64,000 nt of DNA from the NCBI GenBank assembly GCA_965285935.1, contig OZ260661.1, positions 139,252,001 to 139,316,000 on the forward strand, given 5' to 3'. This document shows positions 35,210 through 47,595 of this stretch, piece by piece. Position 1 is the first letter of the stretch. Each line of letters starts with the position of its first letter. The position numbers and the translations under genes are program-made. This DNA comes from Ophelia neglecta. Lineage: Eukaryota. The notes under the pieces were generated by a model. That model was not told where the DNA came from, ran no database searches, and saw only the letters and a list, made by a program, of their open reading frames with translations.

Positions 35210-35521
35210 TAGATCTTAAACGTGAAAACCATTTTTAAAATGCGAAAGTTTATGGAACTTTCTTTTATCTATTTATTGAACAACTAACCTTTTATGTTCC
35301 TTTACTAACACATTTTAGTCAGAAAAACAGCTGACCCAACACCACCTAGAAAATTTTTATGAAATAGAGCTCAATAACCTCTTACTTCTTACGAATATCC
35401 CCATGTAAATAAAAATAGACAGTACAATGAACAATAAACACCAAACTTAAGACACTAAATGACCCACATGGTGTCTATGTGTCGTTAAGCCCCAAAAATC
35501 CAAACCAAATCCTTCATACAT

Positions 35522-35790
35522 CCTCTGGTAGGATATACCAATAGCCACCGTGTTAGGAGGAAACACCCATAGGTCCCTACCTGGGAGGATACAGAGGCCC
35601 CTTTTGAGAGAAGATATTCAGAGAAACTTCTCCCCCCTCCCCCCCAAGTGATGTGGGCGATGACCCTGGGTCCCCCTCCAGACTCCCAGTGATATGGGAG
35701 CTGACCCCGTGTCCGCCTTCTTCATCCCCAGTGATATAGATGCTGCCCCGTCACCCCCTAAAACCCTCAGTGTCATGACTTCTATAATCA
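35522..35790. repeat. Degenerate minisatellite (gggaggagacac- and ccccagtgatatggg-type units)
   Basis: Imperfect tandem units. The same family occurs at 40310-41050; both lie just upstream (minus strand) of a 189-nt exon once the LINE is removed. Confidence 0.6.
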
Positions 35791-36406
35791 GGATGGTCAA
35801 CAGATCACCTTGTTTGACTTATCATTTATTATATCCTTTGATGAAATTATAATTTATATCGAAGCACATATAATTCTAGTTCAACAAACTAATATAACGT
35901 ACTGTATTAGATTTGAAATCTTAAAAAGAAATAGTAATGCCTTAGTTAAGTAATAACAGTATGGTATTGAGGCCACAAGGACACTGCGTATTTCAGGCCA
36001 TAAAGCCTCAATACTTTACTACTATTGCTTATAGACAACACTCGACCAACTAATGACAGGGAAATACTAGTGCATTCTGCTAGATAATCATGACTCAAAC
36101 CTGGCTAAATATATAACGCTCACTCGCTGACAAGCTAGGGTTAGTTTTAACTTAAGCGCGTCGAATGGTTTGAGTACCCTTCGTATCTGCGATTGAGAAA
36201 GTGTCACTATAATGTCGCAAGGTCTTGCAAAACAATATACAAACATGTTTCCTGACTTCAAGTTTTTTTTTCTTCAAGTTCATTTGTGCATCTATACTGT
36301 CTTTGCGAGTGTCCTTGTGGCCAGGTTTAAGTTTAACCTTTGCAACTGCCATCCAGTAAATTAAAAATTAAAAAGTAAACGTAAAAGACATATTCGTGGG
36401 ACTCAC

Positions 36407-39400
36407 CTCTGACTTTGAATCATCGAACTTTTTCTCGGCTTCATTCAGTTTACCCTCCAGTTCCCTGGATCGTTTATCTCTTTTTTGCAACTAAGAAAGC
36501 ACCAATAGCAGTGGCAAAAATAATTATTCAGGTTTACATTAGTCATGTTTACATCGGGAGTCGATGCCCATGCTCATGTTTACAATGGGAGTCGATATTA
36601 CTAACAACAAAGTAAACGAGATCAGTGACATAAATGTAGCCCCTTGATAGGTCAACACTGACTTTGTTGACCTCTCGCCTATTGGCAAATGGTATTAAAC
36701 TCATTCTCCAAGCTTTCCCCAGCATTAAGATCGCGTTCCAGATCTTGCTTTAGTTCATACACTATAGTTTCACGTCCATCTAGCTAGCTGTCAGGAAAAA
36801 GTACCTTTCTCAGAACGTTGCTAGTGTAAATTTTGATCAAAATTTGATTGAAATACTGTCGATGACATCATGATGGCAAATGCATGACACAAAAACCCCA
36901 TTTTATAAAAAGGATAATAATAAAGAAGTTATCAATAAAAAAAACCACCTGAAAGATTTAAACAGAATGGTAAAATAAAGGTTTAGCTTCTTAATGGGAA
37001 AGCACCCCCACACGCAGGTATTACCTCATTGCGGCATGGTTTGCTATGAAGTGTTTTGTCTGGCTGTATCATTTCACTCTTGACACATCTAATAAACATG
37101 ATATTATTTCTATTACACCACCATAGCAGCAGGTTTAGGGATCAGACAAAAAACCCGTCTCAAATCTGTCTCAAAACTTATGAACTCTTAACAACTCTAG
37201 ATAACATATGAATGATAGTCTCATGATTAATAGAGACATACTCAGTTAATTCACCGCTCTGTCATGCTCAGTGTTTATATCTATTAAGCAACTGTCTAAC
37301 TACTTGCTTAGCACATTTTTTGGTACAATAATTCATATCGTGTTTAAAAAGTAATGTCATAAACTTAATTCATTAAATCATGCAAGAAGTCTCCATTTAC
37401 ACTGATACTAACTTGAATCCCATACACATGTGTTAACAGTATGTTACCAACCTCATCTCGCAACTGGTGCTTTTCCTCTTGATGGTGCCCTAAGTCATCT
37501 TCTAACTGTCTGATTTTCTTCTCAAACTGATTAAGCAATTAACAGGTGGAATGAATAAGTTAATTCCTTTGATAATGAATATATATCTAAATTAAATATG
37601 TTGATCAAGATGGCAAAAGCATGACTTTGCAGAAACACACAATTTTTCCAAACGGATAATAATGAAGAAGTAATTAATAAAAAAAACCACCTGAAAAGCT
37701 TTAACAGGATCAAAAGATAAAGGGTGTAGCTTCTTAATGGAAAAACTCCGCCATACGCAGGTATTAACTTATTACCTCATTACGGTTTGATTTGCTATGA
37801 CATGTTTTGTCTGGCTGTATCAATGCACTATTGACACATCTAATTAACATAATTTTATTTCTAATACTCCGCCATATCACTAGGTTTAGGCATCAGACAA
37901 AAGCTGTCTAATAAATCGTGTAATATAAACAATGTGTCTTAAATTACATATGTAAAAGATTAATTTTTCTCCCTTAATCACTTCGTAGTTAAGTTCATAT
38001 AACTGTTCATCACATCTTATTTCCCAGAATCAGCCTCAACTTTTATCATAGTATAGGAGTTACTAACCCGGAGCTGGACATCCTTCTGCTCCTCCCTCAG
38101 CTGTTTGACTACTTCTTCTCGACGGTTGAAAGTAGCCAGAGCCTGTCCTTGTTTCTCTTCCAGGTCTATGACGGTAGACTTCAGTTTAAATATGGTATGT
38201 TCACGCTCCGCTACCTTCGTGGTCTGGGCTTCCCGATTCTCCTCGGAGGAGGTCTGCAGTTTTTGGAAACTTGATGACAACTTTTGTACCTGTGCATCGT
38301 ATATAGATAAACGTATGTTATTTTTATACATCTATGTTCAATAACATATTCAGCAAGGACATTTGTACACTTATAATAATGAGTCAATCCTTTATTTGTA
38401 AAACTGTCTAAAGTATTTTTGAACTACCGGTTGTCTGTACAGTCATTGGTTGATTCAATAAGTGACAAGTGAACAGATCTGTGGCTAACAAGAACATTAA
38501 AATACACAGCCCAACCAGAGACTGTACAGCTCACACACACAAAATTTCCGAGCTAGCACATTTATTTCCTTGTCATAAATAAACATATCTGCAAACAGTG
38601 TAGTTAAGTTGTAGTGTTATAATATACTGTGTTTGTTTTTATCAACTCCATCGGATTATGACAAGGGAAGAAAAGACATGCTCTCAGCAAAATACATGTA
38701 CATCTGATGAGAAAATGATTTACAACGTTGTGATGTTAAAGAATATCGTAGAAACCTCAGTTGGGGAGGATATTATGATGCAAAGGAGTACAAGAGCTAG
38801 TGTTTCCCGTAAACCGACCATTCAAAGGATATGCACTAAATCATAATCAAAGTTGCTTCAAAAAATTATTGTCAGTTTGGGGAGGTATACTATATATGTG
38901 TAAAACACAGGATTAGATAATCAACAAAATATAACACTTATTGCACAGACTTTGAAGACATAGTCGTGGGACTCACCTCTGACTTTGAGTCATTGAACTT
39001 TCTCTCAGCTTCATTCACTTTACTCTCCAGTTCCTTGGATCGTTCATCTCTTTCTCGCAACTAAAATAGCATCAAATAGCACTGATATATATAATTATTT
39101 AAGCTTGCATTAGTCAAGCTTAACGTTTGTATTTGATATTACTAACAACAAAGTGAAAGAGATCAGTGATCAGTCCCTTGATTGGTCAACACTGAATTTG
39201 TTGACCTCTCGCCTCTTGGCGAACGGTATTGTTCCTATCCTCCCAGCTTTCTACCAAATTACGATCGCGATTTTGCTATTGCTTTATTTCCTATGATATG
39301 GTCTCAATCATCCAGTTATTTGTCAGGAAAATATTTATTTCTTAGAAGTTTACATGTGTAAATATTGTTCAAATACAGATTGAAAACAGTCGCTCACGTT

Positions 39401-40193
39401 ATCTTGATGAGAAATCTGCAAACAAAGGTTTATCATGGGATTTGCGAGAAAGTAGTTTTGACCTCAATACATCATTGCAAAGTGTGTAGATCAATATAGA
39501 ATGGGCTCAAATTGAATATACCAATTATACAGTAATATTTGATATGTGGTTTTTGTAACCGCTGCTTTCATATTTTAATTGGCCCATGAAGCCGCAAAGT
39601 ATATCATGAGGCCGGGGCAAGCTAGTGGGGGACAAATTAGGGCTGCCACTCAGGGTAACGTGGCGTCAACTCATAGTAACTTCCTTGGACGATCAGAACT
39701 TAGAGAGTTAACGTATATTTAACAACTCTCTGAATGCAAACATAAAAAAAACACCTTGTCTTATCGCCCGACAGGTGAACTTGGTGTTGCAGACTTACTT
39801 AATGGAAAAACAATCGTCAATGATTAATTTACATGCAGCCAATTGCATGGTTTTGTGAAAAACCAAACATACTTTAAGAACTTTTCATGCATCACTTTTG
39901 AGATATCAATTGCTTGTCTTCAAATGTTCTTACCAAAATGTAATTGTTTGCTAATTATAATTTACTGGATTCATATGCCAAGTAAATATATGGCCACTAC
40001 TCACATCCTCATTAGCTTTCCTCCGGACGCTGATCAGTTCAATCTTGGACTGAGCGAGACCTTCTTGAAGACACTTGATTGTCTCTGACTGAAGTTGTAC
40101 CTCCACAAGCGTAGCCTGATGGGGCTGACTTGCTTGACGCAGAATGTCTACTTCAGTATCCTGTCTCTGGATTGTGTCATTACGTTCTGCAAT
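36407..40193 (-). CDS. Coiled-coil exon array, distal part; exons 40193-40005, 39060-38977, 38289-38068, 37526-37452, 36490-36407
   Basis: Paralogs of the proximal exon types. All are open, phase 0-0, with canonical splice sites. Confidence 0.72.
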
Positions 40194-40309
40194 CTGGAGC
40201 AATCACGTTTAAACGTTACCACAGTTATTTATAAGGGCATTCCTATTTCATTCAAAACTAAGAAACTGACAATCTTATAAATATATATCTGGTAAGTATA
40301 ATAGTGCTT

Positions 40310-41050
40310 GAGAGGAAACACTCTGAGACACTTCTCTGGGAGGAGACACTCAGAGATCATTCTCTGAGAGGAGACACACAAAGCCATCCTTTTTGGAAAA
40401 GACACCCATATATTCCCATCTGGGAGGAGAAACCCACAGACGCCTGCCCGGGAAAAGACACCAAGAGAGAACCGTCTCTGGGAGGAGACATCAATTGCAC
40501 CCCCCCCCCTCAGGAAGACACAATGAGCCATTTTTATGGGGGGCGGAGACATCCTAAGATTCCCCTCTGGGAGAAAACACCCATAGACCCCTCTCTGGAG
40601 GCACCAATGGACTCCATTCTAGGCGGAGACACTTACAGATCCTCCTCTGGTAAGAAACATCAGTAGCCATCCTTTTGGGAGGAGACACCCAAGACCCCTT
40701 TCTTGGAAGAGACTACTGAATGAGAGGAGACATTCGGAGGCTCTGTCTAGGAGCAGATACCGATCAACACTCGTATAGGAGATGACTACCAAATACCCCC
40801 CTCTGCGAGGAGAAACCATTATGACCCCGAACCCCCCTTTTATCCCCCCATCCCCAGTGACATGCATGCCGACCCCGTATTCCCCTTTAGACCCCCGCTA
40901 ATATTGGTGTTGACCCACTTGCCAGCTTGAGCCCCCAGACATATGGGTACTAAGCCCGTGTCCCCTTACAGACGCCCAGTGAATTGGGTGATGACCTCGT
41001 GTCCCCCTTTGCCACCCCCCCCCCCCTCCCCCCTCCCCGCCCCGTGATTT
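40310..41050. repeat. Degenerate minisatellite
   Basis: Repeated cctctgggaggagacac-like ~25-bp units followed by ~37-bp ccccagtga..gaccccgtgtcccc units. Confidence 0.7.
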
Positions 41051-41297
41051 CATGACTTCCAGTTGTTTTTTAAGTTCAATTGAACACTTTTACTGTCTCT
41101 GCGGGCGTCTGAAGGGTACATTTCAGGAAGTATACGTCCAATTGACACTAGGTTTGGCACAAAATAACCCATCAGGCACTCGACGATGTGGCAACATTGA
41201 AACCAAATTGAATATCGACGTTGAAGCAGCGTTGGATTTGAGTAAAACGATTTCACGAATAAATTAATAACGGTTAGATGGTGACTTTTACAGTTAC

Positions 41298-44200
41298 CCG
41301 CTGGAGTGGTTTCTTGGTGTAGAAAAGGATATAAGATTCTGACGAAGTCATTCTTAAAAAATCCGCGTCCATGATCTGTGTTTTCTACGTAAAAAAAGGG
41401 GGAGTTTTACAAACGAACGGTGTAATTTTGGTTTCAAAAATTGAGAAGAAAACATTATTACATTTGTGTCATTATCGATTCAGTAATTACATGACCCACG
41501 GTTTACGATATTCGCCAATAAATAGTATTATAATTACTGTGATGGATAGAATTCCAGTTCATTAATAAATTACTAACCATCGAGTCATTGTATTTGACCC
41601 ATCCTTCTTCAACAGCGATAAAGCTCATGTAGTGGCCTTCCTCGAGCGTATCACCAGTGTGAGTTATCACCGCAGATATGTTGTAATCTGAACTATCACT
41701 CTTAAAATCAAGTATACAAAGACCATGAGAGACACTAATAAACAATATCGTCCACATACAAAGAAGGCAGACTGTGAAAATTATGTCTAATTATATATAT
41801 ATAAACGAATGATACTTACAGTCGAGAAATCGTGGGAAACTACATTATCTGGTATTGATAATTGATAGGGAAATGCATAGTCTTTGGAGTTTTTCTCCAA
41901 GTTCCCATTAAACCTAAAAAAAGTGTCTCCAACGTTGGGTTAACAAATACTTGGCACGTCACACAAATAATAATGCTGCTTCTTATTAATTTGGATAGAA
42001 AGGCACAATAATATTTATGCGAGGCGTTTTTTTCTGAAAATAATTCAAATAGAAAAAGTTTCTCGCTACGAAGACTCTCAAAGCAAATAAACAAACAATT
42101 AAATGTTATATAAATGTTATGCAATAAAGGTTAACCAATCAACCTATCACTCCGAAGCAGATGCCCTGTTGTTTGACGTGACTAAAAATTTGAACACGAG
42201 TTGCCGATAAATGCGTCATACATAACGTGGCGTGAAATGGTTCATTCCTACCTATTGAGCGACAGACAGAGTATTTCTGGCACATGGGTAAAAAACACTG
42301 ATCTTTCAGCTTGTCCACTCTCATTACAGCTACAATATAACAAAACAAATGTAAGGGTTTGATTAATTTTTACGAAGGAACAACTTCGAGAGCATTGCTT
42401 TGCCGTGCTGATTTTAAGAATTACCTCTCACAACGGTACGAGATTAATTCAGCTTCGCAATTGTTCTTTAATGATTCTTCTAGGTTTCCACAGTTCTGAA
42501 AGTTAAATCCAGATAATCAATAGGTATTTTGATATATCACATCATTTCACAGGGAAATAACTACAGAGAAGTTGGATCTGGGGAAATTTTACCTCAATTC
42601 CAATTGGCAATATCAAAAATGGTTGTGGAGAGTGTGAATCTGTGTTGCAACGAGAACACTTCACTGCAATGGCAAAGGTTACGCAACATACAACATAGAA
42701 GAATAGAAGAATTTCCACAAATTCGAAATATTCAATATTTGAAGAATCGTGTTATGTTTGACATCTTTGATTACAATGACGATGAAATTAAATTCAATAC
42801 GCTCTAGGGAAGCGTGAGTCAAATTATGGAAATTAATTACCACAATACGTCATTGATCCGGCGAATAGTTCTTTTAGTCTATTTGCAGAATGACTGAAAA
42901 AAGATTGTGCTGTATTTTACAAATACGTTGTTGACTGACGGGAAGTTTTGACAGCGGCTCTAATAAAATAATATTCCATTGCGATACTCTTGCGGAGAGA
43001 TAATCCTTGCCACAGTCAACAATTCCCGTATAGAAAAGAATAACTTTTACAAACGTTACTGTCGCTGACTTTGGTGGTTCCCACTTTTTTATATATTGGT
43101 TGTATTATAACAAGCCCCTATCATGCGCAAAATAAAGCAGATCTAATGCACAGACTATAGTGTAGGAATATAGTATAATAATATATAAACAAATATAATA
43201 TCAGCGCAATATAAAAATGTGACACAATGGTATATGTATATATTGAACACTACCACAGCTGAAATTCTGTCACAAGAAGCATCACAAATTAAGCCAATTT
43301 TAAGTTAACGAGATATATAACGCCTTTTGTGTTGACAAGTATGGGGCGAAACACTGAAGTAGTGAACTTGTAATATAAAATATGTATTTACTTAGACAAA
43401 TTTGAAAACATAAAGAATGTAGTGTAAATGGTTTTACTTTATTTATCCTATATCGCATTGATGAAGCAAACTCATAAGACGTAAAGAAAACGCGAATTAT
43501 GCAGATTTCAATGCACAAGGATAATTATTTTAGGATTTTTTTTTTATTAATCGCACATGTACATTAGACAGCTCGCACGAAATAAGATTGCACGAATATT
43601 CATATCGATATATTGGTCTAGCGCAGTGCGTAGTTCTTACTCTAACGCAATGACAATAAGTTAATGAGCTTTCTTGGACCATTTCTCAAGTGCACTGCTC
43701 AAATGGGAAATTTTACAAGGATTCTGAGTAGGTTCTTGATACTAATTCGTAGGACACATTGTGGAGATTTATTGAGGATAGTTGTTTAGTATTATTTAAC
43801 TCTTATCTTTCTTTGATCACACTGGTTGTCTCTGGCTGAGATAGCCGCAGAGCGATGGCAATCAAGACGGGGTTAAAACAGATAAATCTTGGCCATCTCG
43901 TTCAGAATCGCAAATACCTCGCTATCGGCTTGGTATTTTCTTTTTCCGAATGGTTCGAAGCCATGAGTTCTGTATATAAATTGCATCACCGCGAAGCAGT
44001 ATCAGCTATGGCTTACACATAGCTTTAGAAAGTGTAAATTATGGCGAAGACTTGATGGTTTTGGGCGTATTTTTGGCTTTCTTCTAAACTATAGATTATG
44101 CATAAGTTACATGAAGGGAGAATGCGTTTCAACTTTATGATATTAGTCATAATCTTAGCACACTCAAGAGGACCCAACTGAAGACTGTGCCAACAATGTT

Positions 44201-45004
44201 GTTACATTAATACAGTATACAGCATCAAATTGCCAGTATATGGCAACCCCCCCCCCCCCCCCCGTCCCTTGCGATACCCTAGGCCTTGTGGCCTCATCTT
44301 TTATATTTATTCTTAAATGTATCAGATAAATAAACTAACTTGGTAACAACACTGCAGCTACTGCGTGTGGTTGCCTCTATTTTTTATTACTTATTGCTAC
44401 CACCATGAGCATGAAGTAATGCAATTCCATCGATATCACACTTGCATACTAATCACCCAATTCAAATGACTTATTGTAAAAACTTATGTAAAAGACGACG
44501 AAATGCAACTCGAAATGAAGCAGAAAGGATGGGGTAGTAGTTTGGAAAAAGGGTCAAACGATGTTTGGTCAATGCGTTTAATTATAGCAAAAAGAAATAT
44601 TATACAGATATTGCTAAAGAAGCAACGTGCAATTATATTGACCAGAATCGAGTCGTAGTCTGCGAGAGCTTTATCTTGAGGAAACTATCATTTACTGAAA
44701 TGCACTGAAGGCACAGGTGAAAAACAATCGCCAGTTTCTTTTTTCCTTTTAATTAGTATTTCGTCTTTAGATATTTTATTGCCTTTCCTTTATTAAAATT
44801 AGTGTCCTCGAAATAGAAATTCGTAGCTTGGTAATAATAATTCATTCCTTTGAAAAATTATTCCGTATCTTCGAAATAATAATGCACTCCTTTGTGTTAT
44901 GCTATGTCATAAATTGAATACTTCTAATGGCCTGCCTTCTGAGTTGGTTGGTGTGTTAACATGTGCAGCACACAGAGAGGTAACCATATTAACATAGTAA
45001 CATA

Positions 45005-45070
<66 letters not shown>

Positions 45071-47497
45071 GCGTATCTGCGTATACAACTTACCATTCAG
45101 TAGGAAGAGACTGCAATAGAAGAAGGGCATATTCAGCTGCATCCTGCTGGGAGCCAATCTCGAAATTACCAGCCAGCTCTGAAGAAAAAAAATTTAAGGC
45201 CTTACTGACAATCTCCCTTTGACAGCGCTCAAGCAGTATTCACATTGCAGCAAGATCATTGTGCATTCAAATGAAATGTCCCAAGCAAAGTGCGGTTTTG
45301 AACCTTTCAGAGAAAATGTCATCATATAATCAGTATTTTATAACGAAACGAGTATCATTCATTGGTTGACTACTTTGTGGTAGTGTAAACCAAATGATAT
45401 TAATAAAACAAAAGCTGCATGGGGTACACCGATAAAATATTCCAGGTATGGATGAATCATTTATATCTTATCAGATCTTTGCGATCAAAATAATACAATA
45501 CTAAAACTTTAACCGTTTAGAGACTCTGTTAGTTCTGTTGGCGTTATAGGAGATCCCACACGTTCTTGAAAAAACCGTCTGGCCACAAGTGCCAACTTGC
45601 CACAAAACAGACATTCTGTGTTGAAGCCTACCATTAATAAAACAACAAAATGATTTCATGAAGTTATACTCGTTCTCAGTATGCCATGCATTATAAAAGG
45701 AGCAATGGAAATGTTACTAAGTTATAGATAACTATTATACAACTCAATTATAGATTTTATGCTATATATAATTACAATAAATGCTTATATCATAAAAGTA
45801 ATGTTTCATACATGGATCCCTGGACGTCAAGAAATGCTCTTTTGCCGGCTGCGTGTTCAGAAAACACTGGGCAACCGCGTTCAAATAACAAGTATTCCCG
45901 ACATTCTTGAGACCAGTACTAACTATGAAAAAAAGGATTCCATTGAGAATTGACACTTAAGCAAACAACATATGTTTTTCTTTATTTCCTATTTTTGTTT
46001 TCTATTACATGTCCTTGCAAAATTGACATTTGATAGGCCTGGTGATAAAGCGTATGACTACTGACGGAGCATGTGCATGTTATCATGTGGTTAAGAAAAA
46101 ACGCCTGAAAATGGTACATTGTACCTCAGATTTTCCCAGCATACATTAATGTTTAAAGTCAATGTGAAATTTAGATGACCACACAAAATTATGTTATGTG
46201 TTTTAAGTGGGTATTAATATAAATCGTGTATAAACGAGTGTGAATAAAAATATCGTTCATCCTTGGATTGATTTTTGAGTTTAAGGTGTATTTTGTTTGA
46301 TTCCAGATGTCCACAAGAATAACTCAGTTGGTCAAAAAAAGACAACACAAATCTTGGTATTTAAAATTATTCAAATTAGTAAAAAAAAATCAATGAAGTT
46401 ACATCGACATCGGATTTTAAACTATACATATTATAAATTTAAGCATGGTTTTAAGTATCTTTTTAATCAGGAAGCCTAACCAAATAGTATTATATACGTT
46501 TCCGGCGCAATCATGGCCGCTTATAGCCCATATGTAGCTCTCGGTTCAACAATCACTCTAACACTTTAGAGAACTGTCCTTGCACTTGACTAAGTCTAGG
46601 AAAGAATGTCAGCCCATCATACATTCACGCATATTCTAAGGTCATGCATATCATATGATCAATTACATGTATGCACACGAAGGTGGTGAGTGCCCAATAC
46701 CATCATCTACTGTGTAGTTTACCATGTTATTACAAGTATTGACTTGATGGATTAAAGACCCCCCCCCCTCTCTCTCTCTCTCTCCCAATTGTCTTTTGAA
46801 GTTTTGCTCAAGAGGACCATCCAGACTATACTAGTCTATTATTACCGTATGACTATTTCCGAAGCACTGATGTTGTTGAACAAAACTTTGATAAAACGAG
46901 TGTTCCGTGCAATTATAAGATCTTAGGTCGTTCTCCCTGCTATAAAGCATAGCACAGTAAATAAGGTACATCGTATTATTCAATGTACTATCTTACCGCT
47001 GTTGACATAGATTTAAATTGTTTAAACTGTGTGGATCGGCTGTTCGTGTACTCGTGCATTGATTGTTTGCTTAATACACATATTGATATTACATTCGTCG
47101 ATAGCTCAAACTTGTGACAGAGTTAATTAAGGAACAAGGCGCGGGTTGCTTTGCAGCGGAGGGAGGGTTGGGTGGGGCGGGGGGAGTTGTGGTGGTGGGT
47201 GGCAAACAAGACTCACACTATTTGTTGCTTTCTTCGATATAATAAAGGGTGCCATGTCTAAATAAACTTTGTCGTAGGAATCAATTCCATGTGTGTAACG
47301 TTTGCCTCTGCTTCATACTGAGAAGTTCACACTCACATGGTATATTTTCTTACGACAAGGTTTTTTCAGACATGGTACCCTTTGTTAATGTTAAAGAAAC
47401 ATACCGACTGTGTGATTGATGTCCCCCCCCACACCACCACCACCACCAAAATTGCAAACCTCGCCTAGTTCGTTAATTTATTGTGTCCTAAATATTT

Positions 47498-47568
<71 letters not shown>

Positions 47569-47595
47569 CTCTCTCGGTTACTTACCTGCGATCAT
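41298..47595 (-). CDS. Ubiquitin-specific protease (peptidase C19) catalytic domain; exons 47595-47586 (tentative), 45922-45812, 45627-45514, 45178-45094, 42878-42841, 42663-42593, 42495-42425, 42329-42252, 41913-41820, 41700-41578, 41384-41298
   Basis: Motifs in canonical order: GLKNVGNTCYLNAVAQC (Cys box), C...ECLFC, FEIGSQQDAAEY, LFAG...VKCSRC, NLEESL...YRCESC, VPEILCLSLNRF, YAFP, SAVITHTG....GHY and WVKYND (His/Asp box), SYILFY. Splice phases match throughout. The 45094/42878 junction forms TGA. Confidence 0.85.
45007..45068. repeat. (AT)n microsatellite
   Basis: Perfect TA dinucleotide run. Confidence 0.97.
47499..47565. repeat. Compound (CT)n(AT)n microsatellite
   Basis: Seen directly. 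Confidence 0.95.

Larger units (their letters stand above)
31189..35510 (+). mobile_element. 5'-truncated non-LTR retrotransposon (I-group/Nimb-like LINE), antisense within an intron
   Basis: 11-bp TSD ccttcatacat at 31178-31188 and 35511-35521. ORF1 tail followed by an APE-RT-RNase H-CCHC ORF2, and a short aaatcc/aaacc 3' tail. Confidence 0.92.

Noticed and set aside
40229-40867. ORFs of 82-120 aa
   Set aside because: They arise from a stop-poor minisatellite.
43500-44200. Coding-looking stretch in the USP intron
   Set aside because: Stops in the frames I checked, no identifiable family, and no convincing phase 2-2 exon.
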